DNA of 32,981 nt from Octopus bimaculoides (GCF_001194135.2 NC_069001.1:34360279-34393259), one strand, 5' to 3'. Counted from the stretch's first letter, positions 11,335-23,623 are shown. Notes: generated from the sequence alone by a model not told the origin. Translations and numbers: made by a program.

Positions 11335-12087
11335 CTAGTCCAAGTAGTTATGATAAACAGTACCTAATGTCATCACGTGGCTTTGGACGTGACTACAAAT
11401 AGCAGACACGGTTGTGTGATTGAAAACCAAACTTATCAGCCACACACTTCTGACTTTATCCCTTTGTAATTAAAGCTATTAAAAACTAAGATGGTAATTT
11501 TCCATACTGTTAACCTTAGTTTCAGAGTGTATATACTACCAACAATATGTTTCAAGCAGTTTCACATTCATTCATCATCGTTTGTCATCGAAATATAATA
11601 TAAATACAAATATTGTAAAAACATATGCTACAGATGTGATGGAGGTTGGGTTACAAAATCTGAATAATTATCCTTTTAATAGCAATAATTCATTGTAGAA
11701 CTTTTGACATTTAATTATAAAAACAAAAAGTGAACAAATACATCATTTTGCCACAGTTTGCTCAAACAATGCATCCTTAAAATGTTGTCTATAAGATCTG
11801 TCTAATGGAAGTGTCAAATATATGGACAATACTCATTAAATATGCACACAGACATATATATTCATGATTGTTGTGTATTTCCATTTAAAATAATGAGGAA
11901 AAAAAAATCAAAATTTCAATTTAAGTATTCAATATATAGTATAGAGTGGATGTATATTTATTTAAAACAGTGGAAGCCTTAGGCATGGCTGTGGGATGAA
12001 GGCGTTCATTTCCCAACCAGATGAACCTGGGTTCACTCCCACTGCATGGTACCTTCAAACATATATATATATATGTGTGTGTGTGTG

Positions 12088-12239
12088 TGGCTGTGTGATT
12101 AGAAGCTTGCTTCCCAACCACATAGTTCCAGGTTCAATCCCACTGCATGGCACCTTGGCTAAGTGTCTTCTACTATAGCCTCAGGCTGACCAAAGCCTTG
12201 TGATTGCATTTGGTAGATGGAAACTGAAAAAAGCCTGTC

Positions 12240-12286
<47 letters not shown>

Positions 12287-12478
12287 TCTGTGTTTGTCCT
12301 CCACCATTGCTTGACAACCTATGTTGGTGTGTTTATGTCCACGTCACTTAGCAGTTCAGCAAACAGACAATGATAGACTAAGTACTTGGCTTACAAAGAA
12401 TAAGTCCTGGGATCGATGTGTTCAACTAAAGGTGGTGCTCCAGCATGGCCGCAGTCAAATAACTGAAATAAGTAAAAT
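12088..12478 (+). mobile_element. Full-length SINE family 1 (tRNA head, internal (TA)n, 3' domain)
   Basis: GGCTGTGTGATTAGAAGCTTGCTTCCCAACCACATAGTTCCAGGTTCAATCCC (A/B-box-like) ... (TA)n ... GGTGCTCCAGCATGGCCGCAGTCAAATAACTGAAATAAGTAAAA. A further partial head lies at ~11978-12056. Confidence 0.9.
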
Positions 12479-13976
12479 ATGATATTAAGAAAGGAAACAC
12501 ACACACACACGCATCATCATCATCATTATATCATCTTCACTTAACACTTGTTTTTCATGCTGACATCCAAGCATCTTTCAGTTTTCATCTGCCAGATCTG
12601 CGAACAAGATTTTGGTTGAACCAAGGCTCAAGTAGAATAGTATTCCAAAACTATCATGGAGGTTACATGCGACAAAGATACCTGTCAAATTTATGCTAAA
12701 AATGGATAATTAACAAAGAAAAAGCATTGTACAAAATGCAGTGGTTTATCAGAAATTTAGGTAGAAAGGAAGGAAGAAGCATATTTATGCTGTTCTGGAG
12801 ATTTTAAGAATTACTGGTGTCATTCTTTTATTCTAAATGGCTTTTGAGTGGGTTTTAGTTATTGACGAGAGTCAACCAAATAACTATTGACAATTACTAT
12901 TCGCATTTTTTCATTTTTCAATGGGAGAATAAGTTGTGTCCAAATAGAGGGTCTATTAGTTATCAAAGAGAGTCAATTGTATAACTATTGATGTTTAATT
13001 CATATGAATAATGTATGCTAAGGGAAATATGATGGAGGTTTGATAGAATTGAAATGAAACTGGACAGAGAAATAATTAGATCTTAACCATATCGCGATGC
13101 AAGATTACAAGACATTGGATATAATGTATGCCTGATTCATTTAATCCATCATAACGTTGATAAATAGATATTATAAACCAATTACGATGTTGATGATGAT
13201 GGTGGCAGCAGTATTGAATCCATTTTGATACTGATTTACTGATAGATAAATAAGCAAATATATTCATAAAATATTGATTCATTGCATGATATTTGTTTAA
13301 TTTGGATAATAATCTGACCTGGGATCTATGTAAACATAACTGTTTTTTTTAGAAGAATCGTATTTACCAATAATTAAGCAAACACATAGAAACAGACACA
13401 GGCTCTGATGTATTATTCATTTCTTTATGAAAATAATTAGTTTTGTTTACACCTCCTTTGCTGATTCAGTTCTTTACAGTTGTTTTTCTCATCAAAACTG
13501 GTTCTCGTTTATTTCCATTCATAAAGAGTGGCCCACTGTCAAGGTCAGTCATTGTGTTTAGCAATCAGTGTTTATAGTAACTATAAAGCCATCTCGTGTT
13601 TGTTGTGATGTAAGATTCAGCACATGGTGTAGTCTGCTTTATTGATAAACAACAAAAGTAATCATTACAACGTCATAATTGAATGGTAAGCATTAGAAAC
13701 CAATCATCAATAACTACTAATTCTCCACTGAGTTGTCTTCTCTCTTTGTATTCTCAATAAGCTACTATAGCTGACCACCACTACTGTTCTGAAATCATTG
13801 GTGATAAATAAAGCCTTCCAAAATAAACCCCATTTAATGCACAGCATCTCTCTTTTTCCTTCAATAGCCTTTCACTAAATCATTTTTCTCATTACTTTTT
13901 CACAAAGATGTATTTCTTTGAAGCTCTTTTCCCTAACAGAACTTCTCCACAATTAATAAATGACAGTAATTCAAAT

Positions 13977-14455
13977 TAACCCTTTTAGTACCAATAATCA
14001 TGAGACTCTCTCTAATTTTATGACACAGAAACCACTTATTTTTATTAAGTTATACACATTTAAATTAAAACTTCCTACCATAATTTTATTTAAATAAAAC
14101 ACTTTTTGAATTATGTTTCAAACACTGGCTGATTACATTAAGGAAAGAGGTTAATTATATTGTTAAACCACACTAAATTTTTATTTTCTAAATTAATTGC
14201 AATGTAGACACTGTTTTATAACATATTTGGTCTCAAGGAGGTTAACCCTTTTGACAGCAACTCGCCTGAAACTACTCTTTGTTTTAAAGTGATCTAAAGC
14301 AAAACCTTGCATCAAAATTTCATATTAATTTATATTTCAAACACCAGTTTAATAATGTCAAATTTATTCTAATACATACATCAATATTTTCAAAATTTAT
14401 CGATGCAAGGGCAGTGCATTTCAATATAAATATGGTAATAAAAGGACATTAATAG
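13977..14455. mobile_element. Two abutting piggyBac-like MITEs sharing a TTAA junction
   Basis: TTAACCCTTTTAGTACC (13977) ... GGAGGTTAACCCTTTTGACAGC (~14238-14259) ... GGCAGTGCATTTCAATATAAATATGGTAATAAAAGG, the reverse complement of the start of the 960/1250 copies. Confidence 0.55.
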
Positions 14456-14799
14456 CACTAAACTTCTCCAATTCTTTTAAACCTCCTGATAAGGAGATTA
14501 TTGTTGCTGTTTAACCCTAGGTAATTCATAATCCAGTGGACCTATGATCAAGGAAATTCCAGTTGTGATTGCCCTACGGTTTGCTTTCTCTAGCACAGAG
14601 CTGCTATGGCAATGTCAAAATGTCTATAGGCACTGTCTGTCTTCCACAGGAAATAATCAAATTCAGTTGGAAAAATCTCAAGTTTAAACTATGTGTAATA
14701 ATAAAAATATATTCTTGCACAGATAGCATCCAGTCATTTGTGACCATTTTGTCTTGAAGAGAGCAATCTTCACTTTACAGGACAAATAAGGTAAAAACT

Positions 14800-14965
14800 C
14801 TAAAAGGAATGTTACAGCTTAAAATATTTATAATATGTTATTTCTAGCCATGCCTTTCATCCTTTTAGGGACCAATGAAATAAGTGGCAATTAAGCATCA
14901 ATGTAAAATATAATCAATTAGCCCCCCCCCCCNNNNNNNNNNAATTCCAGGTCTTGAACCTTAGT
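14800..14965 (+). mobile_element. Degenerate SINE family 2 fragment interrupted by a 10-N gap
   Basis: GCCTTTCATCCTTTTAGGGACCAATGAAATAAGT...CCCCCCCC-N-AATTCCAGG. Confidence 0.55.
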
Positions 14966-15794
14966 GGTATTTCTTCCAGCTCTTTGCGTTCTTATTTCAA
15001 ATTCCAATAGACTCTATGTTTTAAGTGAAGAATTCGAATAAAAATCAAAATTTCAGGCCTTCTGCCTTGCCTTCAGCAGAAAGAGCTATTATTCTTGTAG
15101 TTGTTGTTATTATTTGAAACTATCAGTTCACTATATCATCTTGTCTTCCTATCAGAAAAAAACATCTTTGTGTCTATATACGTATGTATAAAAAGTAATT
15201 GAGAGAGAGAAAAGTTTTGTGCTTAATAAAACATAACACATCTAAAATATAAATTATGTATTTATGTATATTTCCACATTACAGAAGTCTGTTTAGTTTT
15301 TATTTTCTGTATAAATTAACTTCTTAAACTTTATTCTAATATCTTGTATATATATATATGTATATATATATCATAGCTTTTCAAATATAATCTCCCATTT
15401 GGTTTAATCTTACCAATATTTATCTTGAACTGCTGGTAATTTCAACCTCCCCCCACTGCCACTCTCAACTAATATCGATCATAAGTTGATTGCATTATCT
15501 TTACTAATAGAGGTCCCAGCTACATAGTCTTATCTTCTCTAATATTGATCTCATCTCGATAATGTTGTTTATTCTTGCACTGTTGGAGGTTATCAAGGTC
15601 ACATGAAGTGAAACTACCAGCAACTCTTGTTTTCAGTCTTGTTTTTGTTTTCTCCATTTTATTTTTGTCTCTATTTATTTATAGGCAAACTATTTCAAAT
15701 ATAATTAAAATCACTGTATGGTCAAGCAAATACACATATATTCTATGTACCCAGCCTCGCCCTGTGTCTCAATATCCTCTCACTTTCCTAACCA

Positions 15795-15833
<39 letters not shown>

Positions 15834-15991
15834 AATGATGTCCTAATCATTCTTTATCAATGTTTCATAATGCATACACATGATGCATGTGTTTGTGCAT
15901 GTACGTATATATATATATATATATACACATGCAAATATATATACATATATGTACATGTATCTATGTATGTTTATATATGCATGTATATATG

Positions 15992-16044
<53 letters not shown>

Positions 16045-16581
16045 CTTTGGATGCTTACTTGCCAAGAAAACGATTTTATCCCAAACTGTGTTATGTTGAA
16101 ACTAAAACATTTGCATCTTGGAAGACATGCACACATTAGCCATTCAAAAACACACAAAATCTTTTTACTTCTTTTAAACATCTATCATTCGGAGTCAAAC
16201 TTTCTGCCGCACCAACTGTGAACCAGTCACTGATCTGATTTCATTGCAGTGAAGTGATGAAAATTTTGATATCAAGTAATAAGTGTTTAAGTGAAGTTAA
16301 AACCTAAGGCCTTCAGCTATTTGAGTTTGACGTGTTACCTATAATGTAAGCGCTTTATAGGTGTGAAACCAATGTTCGCTCTCTGACCGGTTGTAACTTT
16401 TAACTTCCTCAAAAATATAATACTTCTCTAATGCTTCACAGCATGCTATTTTTTTCCCATATATGAACTACTGATGATGTATGTATGTATGTATGTGTGT
16501 ATGTATCTATGGATGTATGTATGTGTGTGTATGTATGTTTCTGTGTGTATGTTTGTGTGAGCGTGTGTTTATGTATGTACG

Positions 16582-16695
16582 TGTGTGTATAATGGGCTTC
16601 TTCCAGTTTCTGTCTATCTAATTCACTCACAAGTCTTTGGTTGCCTTGAAGCTGTGGATGCCACGTTGTGGGACTGAACCCCAAAACATGGGTTT
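16582..16695 (-). mobile_element. SINE family 1 head
   Basis: GGGCTTCTTCCAGTTTCTGTCTATCTAATTCACTCACAAG...GTGGGACTGAACCCC. Confidence 0.75.
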
Positions 16696-16858
16696 GGCAG
16701 TGAATTTCTTTTTCATACAAATTATGACATTTGTCTAAAACAATTTTTCTCTCTCTCCCTCACACACACACACACATACTCCATCATCATTCAATAGCCA
16801 GTGTCCATGCTATATGTGTAGGTATGCTTGAACAAATAACAGATGTTGACCTCAATGC

Positions 16859-16914
<56 letters not shown>

Positions 16915-17685
16915 TTTTTATTCTGTAACTGGCAAAATGTTCCTATAAGAATTCAGTGGCTGAGGGTTTTGTTTCATGCCTAGCACTTACGAAATGCCTT
17001 GTACTAAACTCTTTGTCTGTCTGTTTGTCTTTGAGTATATGCACATGCACACACACATCTATACAGGCATACATATACACACTTAGATATATATATGCAA
17101 ACAAACAGTCGTTATATTTACATTTCTTACCGTTTTTAGAACAATTAAGACCATAAGGTTATTGAAAAGTTTTCTCTACATGCAATTCATCTTTGAAAAT
17201 CCCTATAATTAGGGGGAGAAAGTCGCTAGATAATAATCAGTTAGCTCACACAATTCCATTCAACCTCTCCACTCTCTGCATGACCAAACTGGTAAATATT
17301 TACAGGCCATTATAGTTTCTCCGAGTCTCATTATAGGTTGTTGTGATAGGTGTAGGGACAATGTGGTTGTGTGCGGAGGAAAGAGTTGTCAGAGGTGGGT
17401 GGTGGAGTCAGAAAACTATGAATATTAAGGGACGGTTATAATGATCAGAGTGTCAGGCATTATGGAAGGAATCTATGAATAATAGTGAGGAGTTTTACTG
17501 TTATCAGATTTCACAATCTGTACGAGATTGATGTAAAGCAAAGGGGATAGTTAAAAACCGAAATACCTAAGCAACTCTTTCTTAGGGTTGTTTCAATGTA
17601 TATATGTGTATATATGTGTGTACACAAACCGCATACATATGTGCTGATAATTTCATGTACATAAACATGCACATACATGCACCTT

Positions 17686-18023
17686 TAGTTTTAGGGAAAA
17701 TAACCAAGTTTCAAGAACTCATCGATGAAAATCCACTATCACATATATAAAAAAAAATCAATAATTAAAAGCACAATAAATGTTATATTTATCTTATGAT
17801 ATTTACTTTACTTTATATTATACTCATTTATTGTGCTTTTAATTATTAATTTTTCTATATGTGATAGTGGATTTTCATCGATGAGTTTTTGAAACTTGGT
17901 TATTTTCCCTAAAACTATATATTTTATATATATTTTATCTATAAAGCTCAATTTAATTTTAATTTTTTATAAATTGATTTTAATTGAGTTTTTACCTGTA
18001 ATTTTGGATTTTGTCCCTAATAT

Positions 18024-18027
<4 letters not shown>
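17686..18027. mobile_element. Fold-back element with ~95-bp inverted arms and AT-rich tail (possible inverted Penelope-like end)
   Basis: Arms 17686-17782 and 17825-17917 are reverse complements (one mismatch in the first 62 nt), with a 42-nt loop; 17960-18027 recurs at 29078-29142. Confidence 0.7.
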
Positions 18028-18069
<42 letters not shown>

Positions 18070-18164
18070 GCACATTTATATATGTGTGTGTAGACATTAT
18101 ACATGTTTACAAATATATGTTTATATGTATATCTCATCTTATTTTATGCATAATATTCTTTTAT

Positions 18165-18545
18165 TCTTTCATTTGTTTCCGTCATTTGACAGCGGCCATG
18201 CTGGGGCACTGCTTTTAGTTGAGCAAATTGACCCCAGGACTTGTTCTTTGTAAGCCTAGTAACTTAATCTGTCGGTCTCTTTTGCCAAACTGCTAAGTTA
18301 CAGGGACGTAAACACACCAGCACCGGTTGTCAAGTGTATAAAATAGCATAAGATATATCTTTTATCTCTTACTTGTTTCAGTCGTTTGACTGCGGCCATG
18401 CTGGGGCACCATCTTGAAGGGTTTTAGTCAAATAAATCACCCTCTAGTACTTATTCTATTGATCTCCTTTGCTGAACTGCTGAGTTATGGGGATGTAAAC
18501 ACACCAACACTGGTTAACAAGTGGTGGAGGAGGTGGATAAACACA
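18165..18545 (-). mobile_element. Two tandem SINE family 1 3' halves
   Basis: CATTTG(A)CAGCGGCCATGCTGGGGCAC ... CTAAGTTACAGGGACGTAAACACACCAGCACCGGTTGTCAAG at ~18165-18335, repeated at ~18365-18545. Confidence 0.85.
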
Positions 18546-18566
18546 CACACACACACACAAGCGTAA

Positions 18567-18599
<33 letters not shown>

Positions 18600-18605
18600 T
18601 ATATA

Positions 18606-18853
18606 TATCGCTGCTATTTTGCAAAAGTGTCATAAGTCCGAAACGTTGCTTTTTCAGAAAACAGAAAAAATAGTTTCAGCATTCCATAGGAAAACCATTG
18701 TACTACACTTTGACAATTTTTGATATTGTGGCATCTGAAACATCTGGAGATACGATAGTTTGACCAAAAGATCTGGCTATTGCAAGCGAAAATAAATATT
18801 GGAAAAAATGCATTTGGCCAAATTTAGATATAGGACAGTTTAACACAATAGCA

Positions 18854-18859
<6 letters not shown>
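18606..18859. mobile_element. Possible small DNA element with imperfect TIRs inside (TA)n
   Basis: Left TATCGCTGCTATTTT versus right reverse complement TATCTTGCTATTGT; non-repetitive interior, (TA)n on both sides. Confidence 0.35.
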
Positions 18860-18894
<35 letters not shown>

Positions 18895-19346
18895 NNNNNN
18901 NNNNNNNNNNNNNNNNNNNNNNNNNNNNNNNNNNNNNNNNNNNNNNNNNNNNNNNNNNNNNNNNNNNNNNNNNNNNNNNNNNNNNNNNNNNNNNNNNNNN
19001 NNNNNNNNNNNNNNNNNNNNNNNNNNNNNNNNNNNNNNNNNNNNNNNNNNNNNNNNNNNNNNNNNNNNNNNNNNNNNNNNNNNNNNNNNNNNNNNNNNNN
19101 NNNNNNNNNNNNNNNNNNNNNNNNNNNNNNNNNNNNNNNNNNNNNNNNNNNNNNNNNNNNNNNNNNNNNNNNNNNNNNNNNNNNNNNNNNNNNNNNNNNN
19201 NNNNNNNNNNNNNNNNNNNNNNNNNNNNNNNNNNNNNNNNNNNNNNNNNNNNNNNNNNNNNNNNNNNNNNNNNNNNNNNNNNNNNNNNNNNNNNNNNNNN
19301 NNNNNNNNNNNNNNNNNNNNNNNNNNNNNNNNNNNNNNNNNNNNNN
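18895..19346. other. Assembly gap (others: 2298-2446, 14933-14942, 27147-27156, 27614-27623, 27753-27762, 29143-29350, 30514-30839)
   Basis: Runs of N, most flanked by (TA)n. Confidence 0.99.
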
Positions 19347-19391
<45 letters not shown>

Positions 19392-19545
19392 GCAAGCAGC
19401 CTCTTCCAGTTTCTGTCTACTAAATCCACTCACAAGTTTTTAGTCAGCCCAAGACAATAGTAGAAGTCACTTGCTCAAAGTTGGGACTGAACTCGGAACT
19501 ACATGGTTGCAAAGTGAACTTCTTAACTACACAGCCATGCCTGCA
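19392..19545 (-). mobile_element. SINE family 1 head
   Basis: GCCTCTTCCAGTTTCTGTCTACTAAATCCACTCACAAG...GGGACTGAACTCGGAACTACATGGTTGCAAAGTGAACTTCTTAACTACACAGCCATGCC. Confidence 0.8.
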
Positions 19546-19652
19546 TGTAAAATAAACTTGCACACACACACACACACACACAACAGTAAAATAAACCATT
19601 AAGCAACACTCATTATATTTAAGATGGTTTATCATAAAACGTGTTTCATGTT

Positions 19653-19714
<62 letters not shown>

Positions 19715-19752
19715 GTGCATGCACACACGTAGAAAGTAAATGTTCCTTTTAG

Positions 19753-19785
19753 CATCATATAAACCATGGTTCAGATGCTCTGTTG
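19753..19785 (+). CDS. Candidate 33-nt exon (HHINHGSDALL in phase 0)
   Basis: TGTTCCTTTTAG acceptor and TTG|GTAAGT donor; length divisible by 3. Splice signals only. Confidence 0.25.
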
Positions 19786-20261
19786 GTAAGTAATAACTGC
19801 CTCTTATCTATTCAATATTTATATTACTTTTTCTATTGGACGTTTTGTAGCAGTCATTAATGCTATATACATTTACCGTTCTCTGTGAAAGGAATCCATT
19901 CTAAATGCGTGGCTGGGAGGACTATTAATATATATTTCCTACGTATATTACTCTGAATCTGTAAATCTGTTTCGAACCAAAAACATATTTTTGCTTTTAT
20001 GTCGCTCAACACCAGTCTTAACATTCGTAAACCTACTTTTCCTTGACATTCAAAATTCTTTTATAGTTTTTAATTTCTCTTAGTACAGATATATGTCTTC
20101 TTGTGGTAGAATTAGTGAGGTGGATTAGTGGACATTATACAGTGTCTCATAGTACTAAAAAGAATTAAAAAAACGTTAAGAAAAATTGTTTTCATGAATC
20201 CCAGATTCTTTATTGAGATTTCAATAAATCTGTTTTATTTTTATTAAAATTATAGACATGC

Positions 20262-20420
20262 AAGCATGGCCGTATGGTTAAGAAGCTTGCTTTCCAGCCC
20301 TGTGGGCTTTGGTTCTGTCCCACTACATGGTACTTTGGGCATGGGTATCCTATTATAGCTCCAGGCTGAACAAAGCCTTGTGAGTGGATTTAGTAAATGG
20401 AAACAGAAAGAAGATCATTG
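20262..20420 (+). mobile_element. SINE family 1 head
   Basis: GCATGGCCGTATGGTTAAGAAGCTTGCTTTCCAGCC...GCCTTGTGAGTGGATTTAGTAAATGGAAACAGAAAGAAG. Confidence 0.8.
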
Positions 20421-20443
20421 GACATGGGTGTGTAAATATATCT

Positions 20444-20479
<36 letters not shown>

Positions 20480-21459
20480 ATATGGCCAGATTGGAGCAAT
20501 CTCGATTATAACCAGCTGAAATTGCAAAGAAAATCTGGAACTCGACTGAGGAAAGAAAACTCTGAATGACCCGTCCTTGTTTTTCCTTGTTACTTTTTTT
20601 TCTCCTCTAACTGCCTGGATGTTTTGCGTTCTTGTCCCATTTTTTTGTATTCCTTTATATATATATATATATATATATAGTCAGTAGTTCATATATCTGA
20701 AAAAGAATCACTCTCTCTCTCACACAGAACCATTGCACACATATATAGAATGACTGTAGTAAGATTTGAACTTATGAGTCTGTGTTCTGTAGTACAACAC
20801 CTTAACCACACCAGACCTCTGCTGTTCTTCCTGTTATAGCAACTGAAAACTTTACAACTAAGAAACTGCTCATCTTTTCCAGTTGACCTTCGTGCTTCTT
20901 AAGGCATCTCAGTCTGTTTCAGTCACAGAGATACAAGGCAAGCAAGCAGGTGGTAATGAAAAGTTTTAGTGCCAACTAGCAAACACTATTTTCCAAATGT
21001 TATCTAAATTTGACCATCTTGCTCTCTTACCACAATTTATTTTCTCTAAGCTCTGGCATGAGTAAAACTAAGTCAGAGCTATTTAGATTGATGTGGAAAA
21101 CTATAAATGGTCATCCTATTTATTCCCAACATCTCGCTCCCCAGACTGTCTGATCAGAATCACCGTCATTAGATACAAATCTACAAATCTAATTTATAAA
21201 CCACTGATATTCAGAGCAAGTCTTATTAAGCACTGGTGAAGTGTTTACTAGATAAATATATTTGTACAGTTGTTCCTCTGTTTACAAAGTAAATAGGTTT
21301 CGCGAGTTAATGTGCAAATTGAAATCACATAAAATGAGGAAAACACATTTTTTTAATGATATTATTAATAAAAATAAGCACAAGCGTATGTGTGCTTATG
21401 TATGTGTATATATGTATATATATTGTTTCTTTCTTTATTCTTTTTTTGTCCTTTGCTTG

Positions 21460-21650
21460 TTTTAGTCATTAGACTGCAGCCATGCTGGAGCACAACCCCC
21501 AAGTGATTAGCTGAACAAACTGACCTCAGCACTTCTGTTTTTTTTAATAGTCTGGTACTTATTCAATTGGGTTCTTTGATTGAACTGCTAAGTCACAAGG
21601 ATGTAAACAAACCAATACCAGTTCTCAAGCAGTGAGCAGGGCACAAACAC
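21460..21650 (-). mobile_element. SINE family 1, 3' half
   Basis: AGTCATTAGACTGCAGCCATGCTGGAGCAC...CTAAGTCACAAGGATGTAAACAAACCAATACCAGTTCTCAAGC. Confidence 0.8.
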
Positions 21651-21658
21651 AGACTCAC

Positions 21659-21693
<35 letters not shown>

Positions 21694-21771
21694 CATACCC
21701 ATACATGTTACATACATATGTGTGTTTGTGTGTGTATCTTCATGTTTTGTTTTTACACACACACACACACC

Positions 21772-21819
<48 letters not shown>

Positions 21820-21925
21820 CATACACACACACATATATATATAGATATATATTACAGCAATATCACCACCAAGCAGCATTTAGACACTTCACAGACATAT
21901 TTTAACTAAGTTTTAATCTTCACAG

Positions 21926-21967
21926 TCTTGTCCTTGGGTTGAATTAGATGGTTTTTTGAGGAACATG
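21926..21967 (+). CDS. Candidate 42-nt exon (SCPWVELDGFLRNM)
   Basis: TTTAACTAAGTTTTAATCTTCACAG acceptor, ATG|GTGAGC donor; only phase 0 is open. No homology recognised. Confidence 0.3.
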
Positions 21968-22225
21968 GTGAGCTTTGTTTGAATAGATATTTTCTGTTTT
22001 CGTCATATATCTTATAATAACATCACATAACATCTTGAATGATATATTCAACTTTTGTAAAACGATGGACTTGTTTGACTTTTTGTGGTCATAGGTTGCA
22101 TAGGTCATAAGTCAAGGAGAAGGTGTATAAAAAAGGACATTCTGAGTTTCATCCTTTGGTGTTGAAGAGAAAAAGGCAGCACCAAAAGCATTTCCAAAAT
22201 TAGCTGTTGGTGTATATTCTTGCAG

Positions 22226-22276
22226 GTTCAACGGTGGGTTACATCTTGCTTCTTTAGTGAAAATTTGGGGAAATGA
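22226..22276 (+). CDS. Candidate terminal coding exon (VQRWVTSCFFSENLGK*)
   Basis: TGTATATTCTTGCAG acceptor; phase-compatible with 21926-21967; followed by ~2 kb lacking recognisable SINEs. Confidence 0.2.
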   Translation, partial: VQRWVTSCFFSENLGK

Positions 22277-23623
22277 AAAACATCAAGTGTCTTAATTTGG
22301 TGTTAACTTGATAACTCAGCTTTGTATATTTTGTACAAAAGCCTGCTTGTTGATATAATATAATCCCTAAAACGTCCATATTAGATGTGTGGTCAAACTC
22401 TTCAAAATCTTTTTCTGTTTTTCTTTCTCCTTTCTATCCCACATATCTCTATTCTCTACGTGCATACTCACTTTGACATCAATTCAAGAAATAAGTGACT
22501 TTCTGTGAATACCACAATCATTAGTGCTAGTCTGATAAAGCAGTTCCATACATATTTTTTCCTTCCCTTTTTGTCCTATTTCTAACAATATTTTACGTGT
22601 TTATACAATATTTCTTTCGTTTCTATTTCTTTGTTTTGTTTTGTAAAGGAATATTTAAAAAGCAATTTCTGAATGTAGAATTGTTATCTCGAAACTAGTG
22701 TATTTAAACATTCAGCTTCATAGCCAGCCTCTTAGAAATGCTAAAGGTTTTCTGTGGACATCTGTAGCCATCTTGATAAGAGAAATGACAAATCAATACA
22801 CATCTGATCCAGATCTGTGTTGTGTTATTTCTATCAGAACATTCACCGATAACAACAACAACAACAACAGATTTATCTATGTCCTCCAAACAAATTATTT
22901 TCATAAACAAATCAACAAGAAAATAACTGCAATAGTGTAAATCTATCAGATAATAAAATATATACATATCCATACATAACAAAAAAAAAAAAAAATAATA
23001 ATAACCTGATGGATGAAGGAATAATACAAAAGTAATGTTATTGCAGAAAAATGATGTTTGATAGTAGTAAAGAGAAAAAAAATATGATAGCTGCATATGA
23101 GATAGGCCGGGTTTGGTTATGGTGGCTGTAAAAGAGCAACAGGAAATTCTTTATATTAGAAAGAAGTGATAACAAAATTTGGATTGAAGAAATAAGCAGG
23201 GGGTTGGGGTGGGGGTATGGAAGAATTTCTGAAAGATTGATATTTTTAAGGGCTAAAAAGGAAATAGGACCAAAAAGAAAAGAAATGAACTAAGGATGAA
23301 TAAGTAAATAAGTAAATACAAATAAAAATGGATAAAAGATTTGTAATAAAAAAAAAATAACCCAAAGAAAGTAAAGGGGTGGAATGGAAGAAGTTTCGAA
23401 GGCTTAGAAGGAAAATATACGTGATGGAAAATAAAAGTAGCAAAAAAAAAATTAACAAACAAAACAGGGGAAGAAGGGACAGTAAAAGATGTCTGATGGC
23501 AAACCTTTAACACCAAAAGATATGACTGGAGTGAAATGATTTGAAATAGGAAGCAAAAGAAAGGAAAATATGGAATGCATAGAACTCAATGAAATATGAA
23601 CTTGATAATCGCCACCAACTTAC

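Noticed and set aside
13088-13135. Kinase-like GIHYIQCLVILHRD on the minus strand
   Set aside because: HRD is followed by MVKI* rather than a catalytic-loop K/N, with no donor and no other kinase subdomains.
17330-17430. Cys-rich frame GCCDRCRDNVVVCGGKSCQRW
   Set aside because: Arises from GT-rich composition; short, stop-bounded and with no recognised Cys spacing.
17582-17588. Telomeric TTAGGG
   Set aside because: Isolated hexamers only; no array.
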